Below are positions 37,811 to 51,432 of a stretch of 64,000 nt of DNA, piece by piece. The first letter of the stretch is position 1. Each line of letters starts with the position of its first letter. Under the pieces are notes generated by a model, which ran no database searches, was not told where the DNA came from, and was given only the letters and a program-made list of their open reading frames with translations. Made by a program: the position numbers and the translations under genes. The DNA is from Octopus sinensis (taxonomy: Eukaryota), in the NCBI RefSeq assembly GCF_006345805.1, contig NC_043000.1, forward strand, positions 19,344,001-19,408,000, in the 5' to 3' direction.

Positions 37811-38192
37811 GAGGCGCAATGGCCCAGTGGTTAGGGCAGTGGACTCGCGGTCATAGGATCGCGGTTTCGATTCCCAGACCGGGCGTTGTGAGTGTTTATT
37901 GAGCGAAAACACCTAAAGCTCCACGAGCCTCCGGCAGGGGATGGTGGTGATCCCTGCTGTACTCTTTCACCACAACTTTCTCTCACTCTTACTTCCTGTT
38001 TCTGTTGTACCTTGTATTTCAAGGGGCAGGCCTTGTCACTCTCTGTGTCACGCTGAATATCCCCGAGAACTACGTTAAGGGTACACGTGTCTGTGGAGTG
38101 CTCAACCACTTACACGTTAATTTCACGAGCAGGCTGTTCCGTTGATCGGATCAACCGGAACCCTCGTCGTCGTAACCGACAGAGTGCTTCCA
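37811..38192 (+). mobile_element. SINE-A (A2) with TSD
   Basis: TSD gataaagcagtc at 37799-37810 and 38193-38204. Confidence 0.95.
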
Positions 38193-38854
38193 GATAAAGC
38201 AGTCATTAGCACATCGTGTATACGTCCCAGCTTACGATGTTTGTTCGGCTCTCTGCGCCCTGGGTTAAAACCGTGCTGTGAACAACTTTGCCATTGAACC
38301 TTTCAGGATATCGGTAAAGTACAAGTCTACTAGTGCTGGTGGAGTGGGGTGAGTTTGGTAACGTCACACCTCTCTGTCTTCCTTTCTTTTTCTCTTCCTT
38401 TGAGTCGGCTACGTGAAAATTCCAAGAAAGGTGCATGCTCATTGCTCTACCACCAATCCTGTCATCACCATTCTCCGGACACGACAATTAGTAGAAGAAT
38501 TCAATCAGTTGTACGGTACAACAATGACACCTATCTCTTCCGTCCTCCTTGCCCCTAAAATAAGTAACACAGTGGGATTAAAACTACATCCTCGCATGCG
38601 GAGGGTGCACGGTCTATAAAACTTTTCCTTGGCATAACTAAGAATTGCCTCTTCAGATACATTGTATGAAAAAGACAATGCAGGGATTCCTTCTCTCTTC
38701 TCAACAACTCGATGGTCTTTACCAGCAGTTTTCAACCAGGGTCTATATGACCTTCGGGGGTTCAGATAAGATTTTGTCGTTAAAGTTTATGTGCAATTGA
38801 TTAGTTACAGTTCTACGAAACACGAAATATTTTAATTTTTTTAAATACAATACA

Positions 38855-39058
38855 GGCATAGGAGTGGCTGTGTAGTTAGTAGCTTGCTTACCAACCACAT
38901 GGTTCCGGGTTCAGTCCCACTGCGTGGAACCTAGGGCAGGTGTCTTCTACTATAGCCTCGGGCCAACCAAAGCCTTGTGAGTGGATTTGGTAGACGGGAA
39001 CTGAAAGAAGCCCGTCTTATATATGTATATGTGTGTGTGTGAGTGTGTGTGTATGTGT

Positions 39059-39116
<58 letters not shown>

Positions 39117-39312
39117 TTGTCACCCAACATAACTTGGCAACCGATGCTGGTGTGTTTACGTCCCCGTAATCTAGCGGTTCGGCAAAAGACACCGATAGAA
39201 TAAGTACTAGGCTTACAAAGAATAAGTCCTGGGGTCGATTTGCTCGACTAAAGGCGGTGCTCCAGCATGGCTACAGTCAAATGACTAAAACAAGTAAAAG
39301 AGTAAAAGAGAG
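38855..39312 (+). mobile_element. SINE-B full length
   Basis: Consensus match. Confidence 0.92.
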
Positions 39313-41149
39313 AGTAATTCCTTAGGAATTTTAATTATCGAAATGCTGCTACAGGGGCAGCATAGTAAAGCAGAAATCAAAGTGGTCCAAAGGCAAAAAA
39401 ATTATTGACTACCACTGGTCTATACAATTCTCCATTAACATCTCAGTGACCTTGTGCCAATGTTAGAATCCTTAATAAGGGTTTCTGACATAAAATCAAG
39501 ATCACTGTTTATAGAGAAAGAATCAACCGATGGTATCGACTTCGTTACTTGACTGCTATTTATTTTATCCACTTTCCCCCAATGGATAAAAGGCAAAATG
39601 AATCTCAGCGTGATTTGAAATGAAAACTTCAAAGGACATGACGAAGTAGCACCAGGGATTGCATTCGTCGTTCTAGCGTTAATATCATTCATTGTTTCAA
39701 AAGAATAAACAAACATTTCATGTTCACGCCAATTTTGAAATTCTTCCCGCCGTTTATACAGATATGTTAGCCATTACATCACGACACCACAAATCCAATA
39801 TTCTTAATGAGATGACAAAGGCGGTTCTCTGCGGTTGTTTGGCATGCATGAAATAGCAGCTAAACTTCCCGCAAATTACACCTTACCGTCTTAAAAAAAG
39901 GACATGTTAGACAATGTGGTCTTTAGTACAATATAGGAAAAAGATAGTATAGTCACAGCTGGAACTCCCTTAGAAATATGTTTGGCTGATCAAGCTGACC
40001 GAGACTACATAACAACAACTATAACAATTGCAATTATAGTCACAAATGCTTCAGACGAGGGTGTCTCTACGTGACAATCCACCTGCTAGAATGAGCAACT
40101 ACATTTCCTTCATACTAGCCTTCTGCTATCTAAAAGAAAAATAAGACGGGATAATCATGGTTGGTGTACACTTGTTCTTAGGGATGCTTAACCAAGGTTA
40201 ACCCTGTGCTAAACAATAACAACCATAACATGAATATTCTCATAAACGACAAAAATGATTTCGTTTTCTAAGAAACAAAATCATTTTTTTAAATTTTCAC
40301 ATTTCCCTAAGGGAAAAATATAATAGTAAACTGAATTCTTTTCTGCCAGTTATGTTTTACGACCTCAGAGGAATGGAGAGCAAAGTTGCCCTTGTGAGGA
40401 TTTGAAATCAAAGCGGCAATGCCAAGGGACATGCACACCAAAAATGTACTTTGATTCCATTTCATGCGTCAAGTCAGTCAGTTAAACTGGAACAAAAAGG
40501 AATAAAAACAACAATTCTATCGCAATTGCTACTAATATAGAATGTTAAAAAAAATTTATAACATGTTATATATATTAGAAATATTAACTTTAAAAGAGAA
40601 AGAAGTCGATTATGGATACAAAAACGAGCGAGTGGTTGAGATGCTCACTTCGCAATCATGAGGTCCCGGATTCGGGTACATTATATGACGTCTCTTACCG
40701 TAGCCACGTTCCGCAAAAGTCTTGAGACCAAAATCGGTCACGCATTGTGTCTCATTGATTTTGTGTGAAAATAACTATATTAAGGGCAGAGCTTCAGAAA
40801 CAAGATTGCTTTTGAACTTCAGGATGAAGCGTCCTCTCAAATTCAAGGGGGCTCTGTGGATATATTTAGGAAGGGTTGCGGCATGTTGTCACGGGGCTCT
40901 CCTTAACACTTCTAGCCTGAGTTACTCAACCGCTTAAACTTTAATTCAATGAATTGACAGTTCAGTTGTTCGAACAGCTAAAATACTTGTAGTTGAAATC
41001 GATAGAGGGTTGTTGATAATGGGCCCATCAATTCCGCTATTTCATTCGTAGTTTACTTTGTGAATCCTGGAAGAACGAAAAACAAGCTCGATCCAGGTGA
41101 GATTTAAATAATTCAGATACGTCAACGGATAGATGTAACAATATACTGA

Positions 41150-41342
41150 TTTCAAATTTTGGCACAAGACCAGAAAGTTCGGGAAAGGGGATAAGTCGAT
41201 TACAATGACCCTAATGCTCAACTAGTACTTATTTTATCAACCCCGAAAGGATGGAAAGGTAAAGACGACCTCGGCGGAATTTGACCACAGAAAATAAAGA
41301 CAGACGAAATACCGTGTTATCGATTCTGCCAGATCGCCGTCC
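41150..41342 (-). mobile_element. SINE-C2
   Basis: C head and core with aaattttggcacaagac tail. Confidence 0.75.
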
Positions 41343-41834
41343 TAGGATGTAACAAAATCCTACAAGCTAATTCGTCCTCTCGATTATATAAACTACCATC
41401 CATCCATCCATCCATTTAAAAAGAAATGTAAGCTGGATCCGAAAGTTTTTGATAAAGAGATGGACAAATGAGAAATTGTGACTGACGAAAGGTGCTTGAG
41501 ATACAATAGAAGTTAAAACGCTCAACCTGAAAAAAAAAACAACAACTCGCAGAACAGATGCGCCCAAAAGTTATAAATATTCCTATTCCGTGGTATAGGC
41601 GTTTATCACACTTTAAAAAAAGGGCAGAATTTCATGCGTTCAAAATACGCAGGCGCCAGTAACAGTCACATACACTTTATGTCCATATTTACCACAAACG
41701 GTGAAGTGACATAAAGGTATATTATAAGGCATTTAGTTAAATTCCTTTGAGTTCTGTTTTCAACTCCCATGCTGATCGATCTTAACTCTATCAAGCTCTA
41801 AAAGATAATTCGGCATATCTTTATTTCTTTCTGC

Positions 41835-42042
41835 TATAGGAACAAGGCCTAAAATTTGGTGATGGGGAGTGGGCAGTCAATTAGATCAACCCCAGTACGC
41901 AACAGGTACTTAATTTAACGACCCCGAAAGGATGAAAGGCAAAGTTGACCTCGGCGGAATTTGAACTCAGATCGTAAAGATAGACGAAATACTACTAAGC
42001 ATTTCGTCCGGTGCAGTAACGATTCTGCCGGCTCGCCGCTTT
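41835..42042 (-). mobile_element. SINE-C2
   Basis: C head and core with aaggcctaaaatttgg tail. Confidence 0.8.
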
Positions 42043-42369
42043 ACGGTGTATCTTTTATTACACAAACTATGCCCATACAAATGAGTGTATGTGTGTTTAT
42101 GTAAGCTTGAAGCACCAATGCGATAAACAGTGTCAATATTGACATTGCCTGACTATCTGCCAGTGGTCAACGCTATTGATTTCAGAAAATGTGTGAGAAT
42201 AAGATCATATAGAATTCTTACCATTCCCCGAAACCTTATCAGAATATCGAACCTGGGTCAATTTCCCGGATGATTACACACTGTAATGGAATATTCTTGC
42301 TCATATGTGTGTGTGTATGTATGTATGTATGTATGTATGTATGTATGTATGTATGTATGTATATGTGTG

Positions 42370-42381
42370 TGTCTGTGTATG

Positions 42382-42434
<53 letters not shown>

Positions 42435-42625
42435 TTTGTGTGTCTCCCACAACCACTCGACAACCACTGCTGGTTTATTTACGTCCCCGTAACTTAGCGG
42501 TTCGGCGCTAGAGACCGATAGAATTATTAATAGTTATAAAAATAGGTACTGGGGTGGATAGGTTCGTCCCAATTAATCAAGGCGGTGCTCCAGCATGACC
42601 GCATTCAATGACAGAAACAAGCATC
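42370..42625 (+). mobile_element. SINE-B 3' half
   Basis: acgtccccgtaacttagcggttcgg...ggcggtgctccagcatg. Confidence 0.75.
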
Positions 42626-43164
42626 ATAACAGAAAAAATAAGACACACGTAAAGACTCGCACGCGCGCGCATATATTTGAGTATACAAAATATTAAATAC
42701 TTTTTTCTTTTTTCAATGCGCACAGTAGTAAGGGCAAGTGTCAATGATCTCCGTGCCAAGCACTTGCACTTAGGACCTGCTGCAGACCCTTGTCACAGAG
42801 GGGCCTCTGCCTAAGCACCCGGGTGGTTCATTAAAACAAGTATCGGATTAAATCTCAGCGGAATTTGAACATAGAAGACACTGATTCAATACCGCAGGGT
42901 ATCTTCTACAATACTTTCTTTCCACCAGGTCCCTGCCCTAGATTAGTACTTTATTTTTTTCTCTTCAGAAGGATAAAAAAAGAAAACAATAATAACACAG
43001 TCGACCACGGCTGAATTTGAACTCAGAACGCAAGTCATTACATCTGACACCAACCATTCAACCACTTTGCATGTTTTGCATATACTTTACGCATTCACAT
43101 GTGTGGTCTTTTACATATGTATGTGTGGGTGTGAATTTACATGCACCAGTTTAAAGTAGAGCAT

Positions 43165-43200
43165 ATATATACATATATACATACATACATACACACTCAT

Positions 43201-43243
<43 letters not shown>

Positions 43244-43620
43244 CACATACATATATATATACATATATACATAATACATATATACATACATATATGCCTA
43301 CAAACATATATATATACATATATACATACATACATATATATATATGTGTGTGTGTGTATGTGTGTGTGTGTGTGTGTGTACGTAAATGTTTGTATGTGCG
43401 TATGTCTGTTTATGTAAATGTAAATAATCCCAAAGAACGCATGTATACACGAACGGTGAAAGGTAAATCTGGGTGGGACATGATTAGAATGTAACTGGCA
43501 TGTACAAAATATAAATATACCATCTACATACGACTCTACATCTATTCATAGGTGCATAACAAAGTGACATATAAACACAAGCACATAACGAAATACAAAT
43601 ATGCACATTATTTATCTATC

Positions 43621-43654
<34 letters not shown>

Positions 43655-43890
43655 CATACATACATACATACATACATATACTTATATATATATAGATATA
43701 TATATATATACATACATACATACATACATATACTTATATATATATATATATTTGTGTGTGAGTTTTTGTTCATAGATAGAAAGATAAATATGAACGCATG
43801 CATATTTGTATGTACACACATATGCATACATACATGCATACATACATACATACATACATACATACATACATACATACATACATACATAGG
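43165..43890. repeat. TA/TACA/TG-rich low-complexity region
   Basis: Direct reading. Confidence 0.85.
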
Positions 43891-44062
43891 GTGTACTAGT
43901 TTGTTGATGTCTCCGTAACTTAGCGGTTCGTTAGAAAAGAGACCAGTAAAATAACTACTAAAAAATAACTACTAAAAAAAAACGACTAAACCACTAAACT
44001 GTTCAAAGGAGTGCTCCAGCATAGCCGCGATCCAATGATGATATAAATAAAAGCTAAAAGAC

Positions 44063-44098
<36 letters not shown>

Positions 44099-45372
44099 GT
44101 TATTTTCTTCTCTTATGCTTTAGTTTAGAAAGTACAAAAGAATATTTATCAAAAATCGTAGCAAATATTTCGATCATTTTGATTTTGTTTCGATATTTTT
44201 CTAGTTTTTTTTGTTATTGTTGTGTTTGCTTTTATCTTTTTTTCTTTTTCTTCATACAAATTTTTAAAGTTTTTTTTTTCTTTCATTGTTTCGTTTTTAA
44301 TATCAAAATATAGTAGTTTGTATACATGTATATAAATATATATAAATAAATATAATATTATATTAAATTGGAGACAAAACCACTATTAGGCAAATCAAAC
44401 AATGAAAAACTTAAGCCAATACATATGATTAATTTATATTATTTAAATATGTAACAAAATTATTAAAAAAATATAATTAATATCACACTACGATCAATAT
44501 TTATTATTATAAATAAATATATATACTTACCAGCAAAGCCGATAGTAAAGGGATGTATAACTTTGAAGGTATCATCGTCTGCTGTGGCTGATGTTAGTAA
44601 TAATCTGTACGTTTAGTTAAGTTTGCCTCACTCTCTTTCTCACTCTCTCGCTGCCTCTTACTGTACTCAGTTGTCGAATTCTGCTATTTGTAATTCATTC
44701 TTTCACCGTGCTCTTCTTATATGTCGCTTGGCACATTGATTGGTATAGCTGTGGTGCCATTGACGTCACATGTCATGCTAGGTTACGTGAGCATAAAGAC
44801 CAGTTGTCTCTCGAAGACACTTTGACGGAACAAAAGCTTCTGTATATCTTAAATAAATTAATTCTTCACTTGAAGCAACAGCAACAACAATTTTTATTTA
44901 TTTATTTATTTATTTATTCATTTATTTATTTATTTTACCGGGAGTGGAAAGATTAATACTTTATGCTTCCTACATAAATTTATCTCTAGTTGGATTTTGA
45001 GTAGCAGTAGTAGTAGTAGTAGAGGTGTTCCTTATGTTCAATGTTCCAGTAGGTGCTTACTCCCTTGTTTAACTTGTTACTTTAAATATAGGTTGAATTA
45101 GAAACGAAAAACTCAAGCTATCGCCTCACCAAACATCTAATTTTTATTTTACACCTCAGTACAAAAAAAGCAACAACAATAATAATAAGTAACTAAATAA
45201 AATCTCTGGGAAACTGGTAATCGGGTATGGCAACATTTTAAAATATTTTCGAGTAACGCCGGCACTGCACACTAAGCAGAACTTTTGCCTCAGGTACAAA
45301 ATTCTCTGGCTGCCGCACAAATTCGGAACAACGTAAATAAAACTTCTTAATCAAACTACGATACGAACTCGG

Positions 45373-45434
<62 letters not shown>

Positions 45435-45775
45435 ACAGCACATACGCACACATACGCAGGTGAGACTGTGTGGGAAGAAATTAGCTCCCAAACCATATGG
45501 TTCCGGGTTCAGTGCCACTGCATGGCACCCACCTTGCACTAGTGTTTCCTTGTGAGTTGATTTAGTTGACGGGGAGCAAAAAGCAACTTATGTACATGTG
45601 TGTGTTTGCGTGTGTCCCAGCACAAGTTGACAACCGTAACTTGGCGGATCAGCAAAAGCAACCGATAGAATAAGTACCTGACTTAGAAAAGAAAGGAAAA
45701 TACTGATGTCGATTTATTCGACTAACCCTTCTAGGTGGTGCCCTAGCATAGCCGCAGTCTAACGATTAGAACAAC

Positions 45776-46172
45776 TCTCTCTATATATATAAAGCTGAAG
45801 TTGTCTCTGTGTGTGGCAGGTTTGGTAGCCTTCAACTAACACTATCTCCTCCGAGACCTGCGGCGCAAGTTGACCAAAATTGAGAGTATGATAGAAGAAG
45901 GCTTGCTCTTCGTTCCGTAGAAGAAAAAAAATCAAATCGGACCATAATAACACCAAAAATTATTTACATAAAAAAGGTGCTGTTTTTCTATGAAAATCTC
46001 CATTTGTTACGACTTCTTGTCTGCTGTGTCGCCATTTTTCGGTGTATTTCAACCAGAAAAAATGTTCATTTAAAGAGAATAACAAGCTACATAATGCAAA
46101 ATTTTTACTTTTCAAAAATTCTAATTCTAAAGGGTCGAAACAAACCCGAGCAAGGCTGGGCGATACTGCTAG
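45776..46172 (+). mobile_element. Non-autonomous Helitron H2, inserted in an old SINE-B tail
   Basis: TCtctctatatatataaagctgaag...cccgagcaaggctggg cgatactgCTAG|T. Confidence 0.85.
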
Positions 46173-46236
46173 TAAGAGATAAAACAGAAAACCAGTATCC
46201 TTTAAGTCTTATCCCAATTATTCATATCTGTTAAAC

Positions 46237-46404
46237 CAAGGGTTCTCAACCGTTTTTATCTATGGACCCCTTTGATTACTACTTCATTCCGGTGGACCCC
46301 CATGGCCATTCGATGTTTAAAACTAGTTATATAGATACTGCTTTCAACATTCTTATCTTATATGAACCCTCAGGTGCCATAAGGACCCCGGTTGAGAACC
46401 ACTG
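46237..46404. mobile_element. hAT-like MITE
   Basis: TIRs caagggttctcaac / gttgagaaccactg; flanks tgttaaac / tgttcaaac (imperfect ~8-bp TSD). Confidence 0.65.
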
Positions 46405-46627
46405 TGTTCAAACACAGTGGTTCTCACAATACTTTAATAGTAGGAGAAATCTGAATCATTGTTAGCTGAACAATTATTTTGAGAGGCATGGCTACGAGGT
46501 TAAAATGATCGATTTGCAGCACTGTAATTTCGTGCTCAATCCCGCAGTGAGCCCAGCCAATGCCTTGTGAAAGAATTTAGTAGATTTAGTAGACGGAAAC
46601 TGCGTGGAATCTCGTCGTATATATCGT

Positions 46628-46800
46628 AGCTTAGTTTTTCCTGGGGGCTGGCCGGATCGGAGCGATCTCAAAATTAATCAGCCGAAATTGCTACGATGAT
46701 CTGGTTCTTGACTGAAGATTGAGGGCTTCGAATGTCCCGTCCGTGTTTTTTGTATCGTCTTCTATAGTGTTTTGCGTTCTGGTCCCAGTTTGTATTTTTC
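46628..46800 (+). mobile_element. Second copy of the 1031-1235 repeat
   Basis: Direct similarity. Confidence 0.55.
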
Positions 46801-46925
46801 TACATATAATAATAATAATATATATATATATATACACACGCACACACACACTCATACACATATATTGCATGTACCACGTCCTCGCGTTGTTATTTTTTCT
46901 TGTGTTCGTTTTTTTTATTTACTAT

Positions 46926-46970
<45 letters not shown>

Positions 46971-47042
46971 ATATATATATAATATATATACATATGTTGG
47001 ATATATTATATTATATACTAAGTATATGTATGTATATATATA

Positions 47043-47255
47043 CGCAGGAGTGGCTGTGTGGTAAGTAGCTAACTAACCAACACATAGTTCCGGGTTAGTA
47101 CCACTGTGTGGAACACACACATACACATATATACGTTTATGTGTCTGCATTTGTCACGCCACCATCGCTTGACAACCGATGTTGCTATGTGACATCCCCG
47201 TAACTTATTGTTTGTAAGTACTAGACTTAGAAACAGTAAATCCTAAGGTCGAGAC
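47043..47255 (+). mobile_element. SINE-B with internal deletion
   Basis: Head caggagtggctgtgtggtaag plus 3' part. Confidence 0.75.
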
Positions 47256-47257
47256 TC

Positions 47258-48730
47258 AGTCTCAACTCATGGCTCACCACTTCATCCTACGCGGATATCC
47301 CCTCACCACTATCCACACCGCTCTTGCCAGAGCATCTGTTCTCTCCCCCTGAACCCGCCCCACCGTCTCCCGCCTCCCATTTTCCCTTACCTACCACCCC
47401 ACCACCCTACCTCTCCAGCGTACCATTCTCCGAGCCTTTCGGCGACTCCAGTCCGACCTCTTTACTTCGCACATCTTCCCTAACCGACCCCTCCCCTCCT
47501 TCAAACGAGCCCACAACCTAAGAGACCTCTTGGTCCACAGCTTCTTCCCTAACCCAGCCTCCCAACCCGGATCATTCCCCTGCTTCCGCCCACACTGCCG
47601 CACTTGCCCTTACCTTTCCAACACCACCCTCCTCACCAACACCCATCATCGACCCTATCACATCACTGACTCCTTCACCTGCACTTCTACCAATATCATC
47701 TACTGCATCTCGTGCTCTCTCTGCCCTTCTCTATACGTCGGGCAAACGGACGCCGCTTGGTTGACCGGTTCGCGGAACACCTCCGAGACACCTGACTCGG
47801 CAATGACACCCCGGTCTCGCGCCATTTCCGCTCTACCGGTCACTCTTTGTAACGCCTGTCCGTGTTCGGACTGTCCTTGCACAGAAGCCATCTGGACTCC
47901 CGTTTGCGCCGTGAACAGGGATTAATCTTCTCTCTTCGCTCCTTTCCGCCATATGGGCTCAACTCTCCTCCCCTCGCCTCTCTCCCCCTCATACCTACAT
48001 CCTCCCACCAACCTTTCCTCTCTTGTTCCGACTCCTACTTCTGCTCTTCACTCCTACTCTCCTCTCTTCTCTTCATACCTTCTCCTTCCCCCCTTATAGT
48101 CACCCCTCCCTCATAAGCCCACCCCATCTTCCTATGCCCCCTATCCCACCCCACCCAATCCCTTACACCCACTCGCACATACTCCACCTCTACTCCATCC
48201 CCCTCTACTCACATACTCCACCTCTACCCCCACCCTCAATCAAACCCACATACCACCATTGCTTTCCCCACTCTCGCCTTCCCACCTCCCAACACCTTCA
48301 CACCATACCACACAACACATCAACCACACAACACATCAACCACACAACACACCACCACGCACGCATCAGCACTGACCACTTCCCAGACCCACATTTTCAC
48401 ACCTACACATACACACACGCACACGTCAAGATCACCAGCCCTTTGCCACACGCACATACACACTCTCAAATGCACGCACGCGCACCTTCGTTTTGGGATC
48501 ACCAATACTTTATTATTTCCCCTTCTTCCTGCCTTTCCTGTATGACCCTTCAGTCCGGCATTCTCTGTGATAGATCTCTAGCCACTACACTTTCTTTATT
48601 TTCTCTCCTTGTTTCTGTGTTCCTTTCTGTGGAAGAGCGTAGGCTTTTTCACTTCCCGAGAGTTATATACTATACATCTGCTTGTTGTCTACACCACCTG
48701 TCTCCGTCTTTTTCTTTGTTAATTCTCCCC
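47258..48730 (+). mobile_element. 5'-truncated Penelope-like element (Neptune-type Cys linker), dead
   Basis: HFILRGYP...LTYHP...FKRAHNLRDLLVHS...CFRPHCRTCPY...FTCTSTNIIYCISCSLCPSLYVGQT/RRLVDRFAEHLRD (GIY-YIG endonuclease); C-rich 3' UTR; Penelope-type terminus. Confidence 0.9.
47263..47990 (+). pseudogene. Penelope ORF remnant (linker + GIY-YIG endonuclease)
   Basis: In-frame TGA at ~47350, frameshift at ~47750, further TGA/TAA stops. Confidence 0.85.
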
Positions 48731-48819
48731 TATATATATATATAATATATTATATATATATATAATATATATATATATAGGGAGAATTAACAAAGAAAAA
48801 GACGGAGACAGGTGGTGTA

Positions 48820-48855
<36 letters not shown>

Positions 48856-48861
<6 letters not shown>

Positions 48862-49011
48862 AAGGAGCTTCTACAGGACTAGAACTGTTTCATTCAGATG
48901 AAACAGTTCTAGTCCTGTAGAAGCTCCTTCTATAAAATAATTACTTTACTCTGCTATGTATTGAGTACCTATTTTACTACTGTGTTACCCCGACTCACCC
49001 GGGACCTACAT
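48856..49011 (+). mobile_element. Second fold-back copy of the 23.9-kb hammerhead family (core lost)
   Basis: 38-bp perfect arms 48856-48893 and 48898-48935; same 3' tail as 23970-24040. Confidence 0.7.
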
Positions 49012-49084
49012 ATATATATATATATATATAATGTATATATTAGCCTTTTTTTTTCCTTTAAATGTTTGAGTCAGTATGTTGCAG

Positions 49085-49470
49085 CTATGCTGGGGTACTG
49101 TTTTGAATATTTGTTTTTAGCCGAATGAATCCACCCCAATACTTAGTCTTTATTAAAGCCTGGTGCCTATTTCATTTCATTCTTTTGCCGAATCGCTAAA
49201 TCAGAGAACGTAACCACATCAATACCTGTTGTCAAGCTATGGCGGGGGACAAACACAGGCACAAAGACATAGATACGAATATACACACACACTCACACAC
49301 ACACACACATTTATACAACCGGCGTCTTTCAGTTTTCGTCTACCAAATCCACTGAAAAGACATTGGTCGGTTGAGAAGTTATAGCAGAATACACTTGCCA
49401 AAGGTGTCACGCAGTGGACTGAACCCGAAATCATGAGGTTGGGAAGCAAGCTCTTTGTCACACAGTCACG
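49085..49470 (-). mobile_element. Old SINE-B
   Basis: Diverged consensus match. Confidence 0.7.
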
Positions 49471-49480
49471 CCTGTATATG

Positions 49481-49526
<46 letters not shown>

Positions 49527-49686
49527 TGTGTCTGTGTCTGTGTGTGTGCGTGTGTGTGTGCGTGTGTGTGTGTTTGTCCCTCTCACAGCTTGAGAACTGG
49601 TATTGGTTCATTTAAGTCTCCGTAACTTAGCAGTTCGGCAAAACAGTTCAGATCAAGCCTTCAAAAGTCAGTGCTGAGGTTGATTT

Positions 49687-49867
49687 TCTCCTCTGGAAGC
49701 CATCTACTCGCAATACCAGAAGGCGCACACTCTCCTAACCTGATGTAATCTCCAGGGATACAGGCATCCAGCAACAGGACCTCCGTAATGCCATGATGGA
49801 GCGTGAAGTCTGGCGTAGCATGGTAAATTCCATTGTTTCGACCACGTTCGAACAATGATGATGATGA
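49687..49867 (+). mobile_element. RTE-clade LINE 3' fragment with 12-bp TSD, inside a SINE-B 3' half
   Basis: LLWKP...RDTGIQQQDLRNAMMEREVWRSMV...*; (ATG)n tail; TSD tgaggttgattt at 49675-49686 and 49868-49879. Confidence 0.8.
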
Positions 49868-50339
49868 TGAGGTTGATTTGTCCGATTAAACCCTAGCAGG
49901 TTGAGCAATCAAGATGCCTCTGCATCAATTCAGATAGAATTTAGTATACTGCGAAACACACAGAGAAAAAGACTTGTTCTCAACCATTTGCAAGATTGGT
50001 TTGTGACTTTTTAGTTACGCGGTGTTACATATTAATTCTGGCGATAGAAGAATTTTAAAAAAATTTGTGACGAATATTTCTTCAAAAACTTCTTTGATAT
50101 ACAATTCAAATGCCTTATCCTTGACAATTCATCTCACGAGTTTGTGAGACAAATCGCTATTGAAATCAGTTCTTTAGTAGGGGAATGGGAAGAGCCGATT
50201 GACCCTGATGTATGTCTAGAGGCCACAATGGAATAGAAAGAAATGTCGATCAAAAGAGGGGTACTCGGGGTAACTCTGTAAATGCGTGTGCATTGTATGT
50301 ATATAAAATCATATATATATGTTTTATGTGTGTGTATAT

Positions 50340-50373
<34 letters not shown>

Positions 50374-50408
50374 ATATAAATGTATATATGTATATATATA
50401 TATATGAA

Positions 50409-50455
<47 letters not shown>

Positions 50456-50689
50456 GTATATATGTTTGTTAGTAGACACACACTCATACATAATTAAGTG
50501 TATGTGTTTATGCACATGTAAGTATGTATATGTATATTCTCTATCTGTTTATTTTCTCGTGTTCCTTTCTGATATAGGTAGCAGAAACGCTGCTAGCAAT
50601 GTTAAAGTTTTGTATTAAAAAATAATAACTGATGGTAGTCAAATTGTTTGTTGATCAAAAGTTTTCCTCATTTTCTGCTTAATTTAAAT

Positions 50690-50718
50690 TTAGACACACA
50701 CACACATACACACACACA

Positions 50719-50749
<31 letters not shown>

Positions 50750-51024
50750 CATACGCACGCACACACACACACACACACGCACACACACACACACACACAC
50801 ATATATACATAAACGACTGGCTTCTTTCAGTTTCCGTCTACCAAATCCACTCAATGTTTTGGTTGGCCCGAGGCAATAGTAGAAGACACTTGCCGAAGGT
50901 GTCACGCAGTGGGATTGAACCCTGATCTATGTGGTTGGTAAGTAAGCTACTTACACACAGCTACTCCTGCGCCAATTCACACAGCCATTCCTGTGCCTAT
51001 GCACACAGCCACTCCTGCACCTAT
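50690..51024 (-). mobile_element. SINE-B 5' half with triplicated head
   Basis: Consensus match plus three ~24-bp head units. Confidence 0.8.
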
Positions 51025-51036
51025 ATAGATATGCAC

Positions 51037-51432
51037 ATCATCAGTTCCCTTAACCGGTGCAGCTCCCTGCGGCACTTTTGCAGTCAGCCGTCACCATCGG
51101 TCTCTCTTCACATCATGCACCGGAAGTTCGTGGTGTTGTGATCTGTCCTGTCCTTGATGTTGGCAGACCAAAATTTCCTCTGTCAGCCCCTCTTTCGCCC
51201 TCCTTCAACTGTGCCTAAAGAATGGTTTTGGACAGGAAGTTGTGACAGGATACGTGACCGTACAAGGCAAGCCTTCGTTTATTTCCCTGCACAAGGAGTG
51301 ATTCCTGTCTGGCAGCGTTGGCTTGATCCCTGACAAAGATGCTCATTTTGTGTTCTAGATACAGGATGCTTATCAGCCTTTTGGAGCACTTCAGCTCAAA
51401 TGTCTGGATTCTTCGTTTCATGTCAGGTTGAC
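51037..51432 (-). mobile_element. Decayed RTE LINE 3' fragment
   Basis: MKRRIQTFELKC..RLISILYLEHK...RRLALYGHVSCHNFLSKTIL; tgatgatg tail on the minus strand. Confidence 0.8.

Noticed and set aside
41672-41722. Hairpin ctttatgtc...gacataaag as a pre-miRNA
   Set aside because: Only ~9 contiguous base pairs; too short and interrupted
44708-44830. GIY-YIG-like fragment (CG...TCHARLREHK)
   Set aside because: Too short, and the YIG motif is missing
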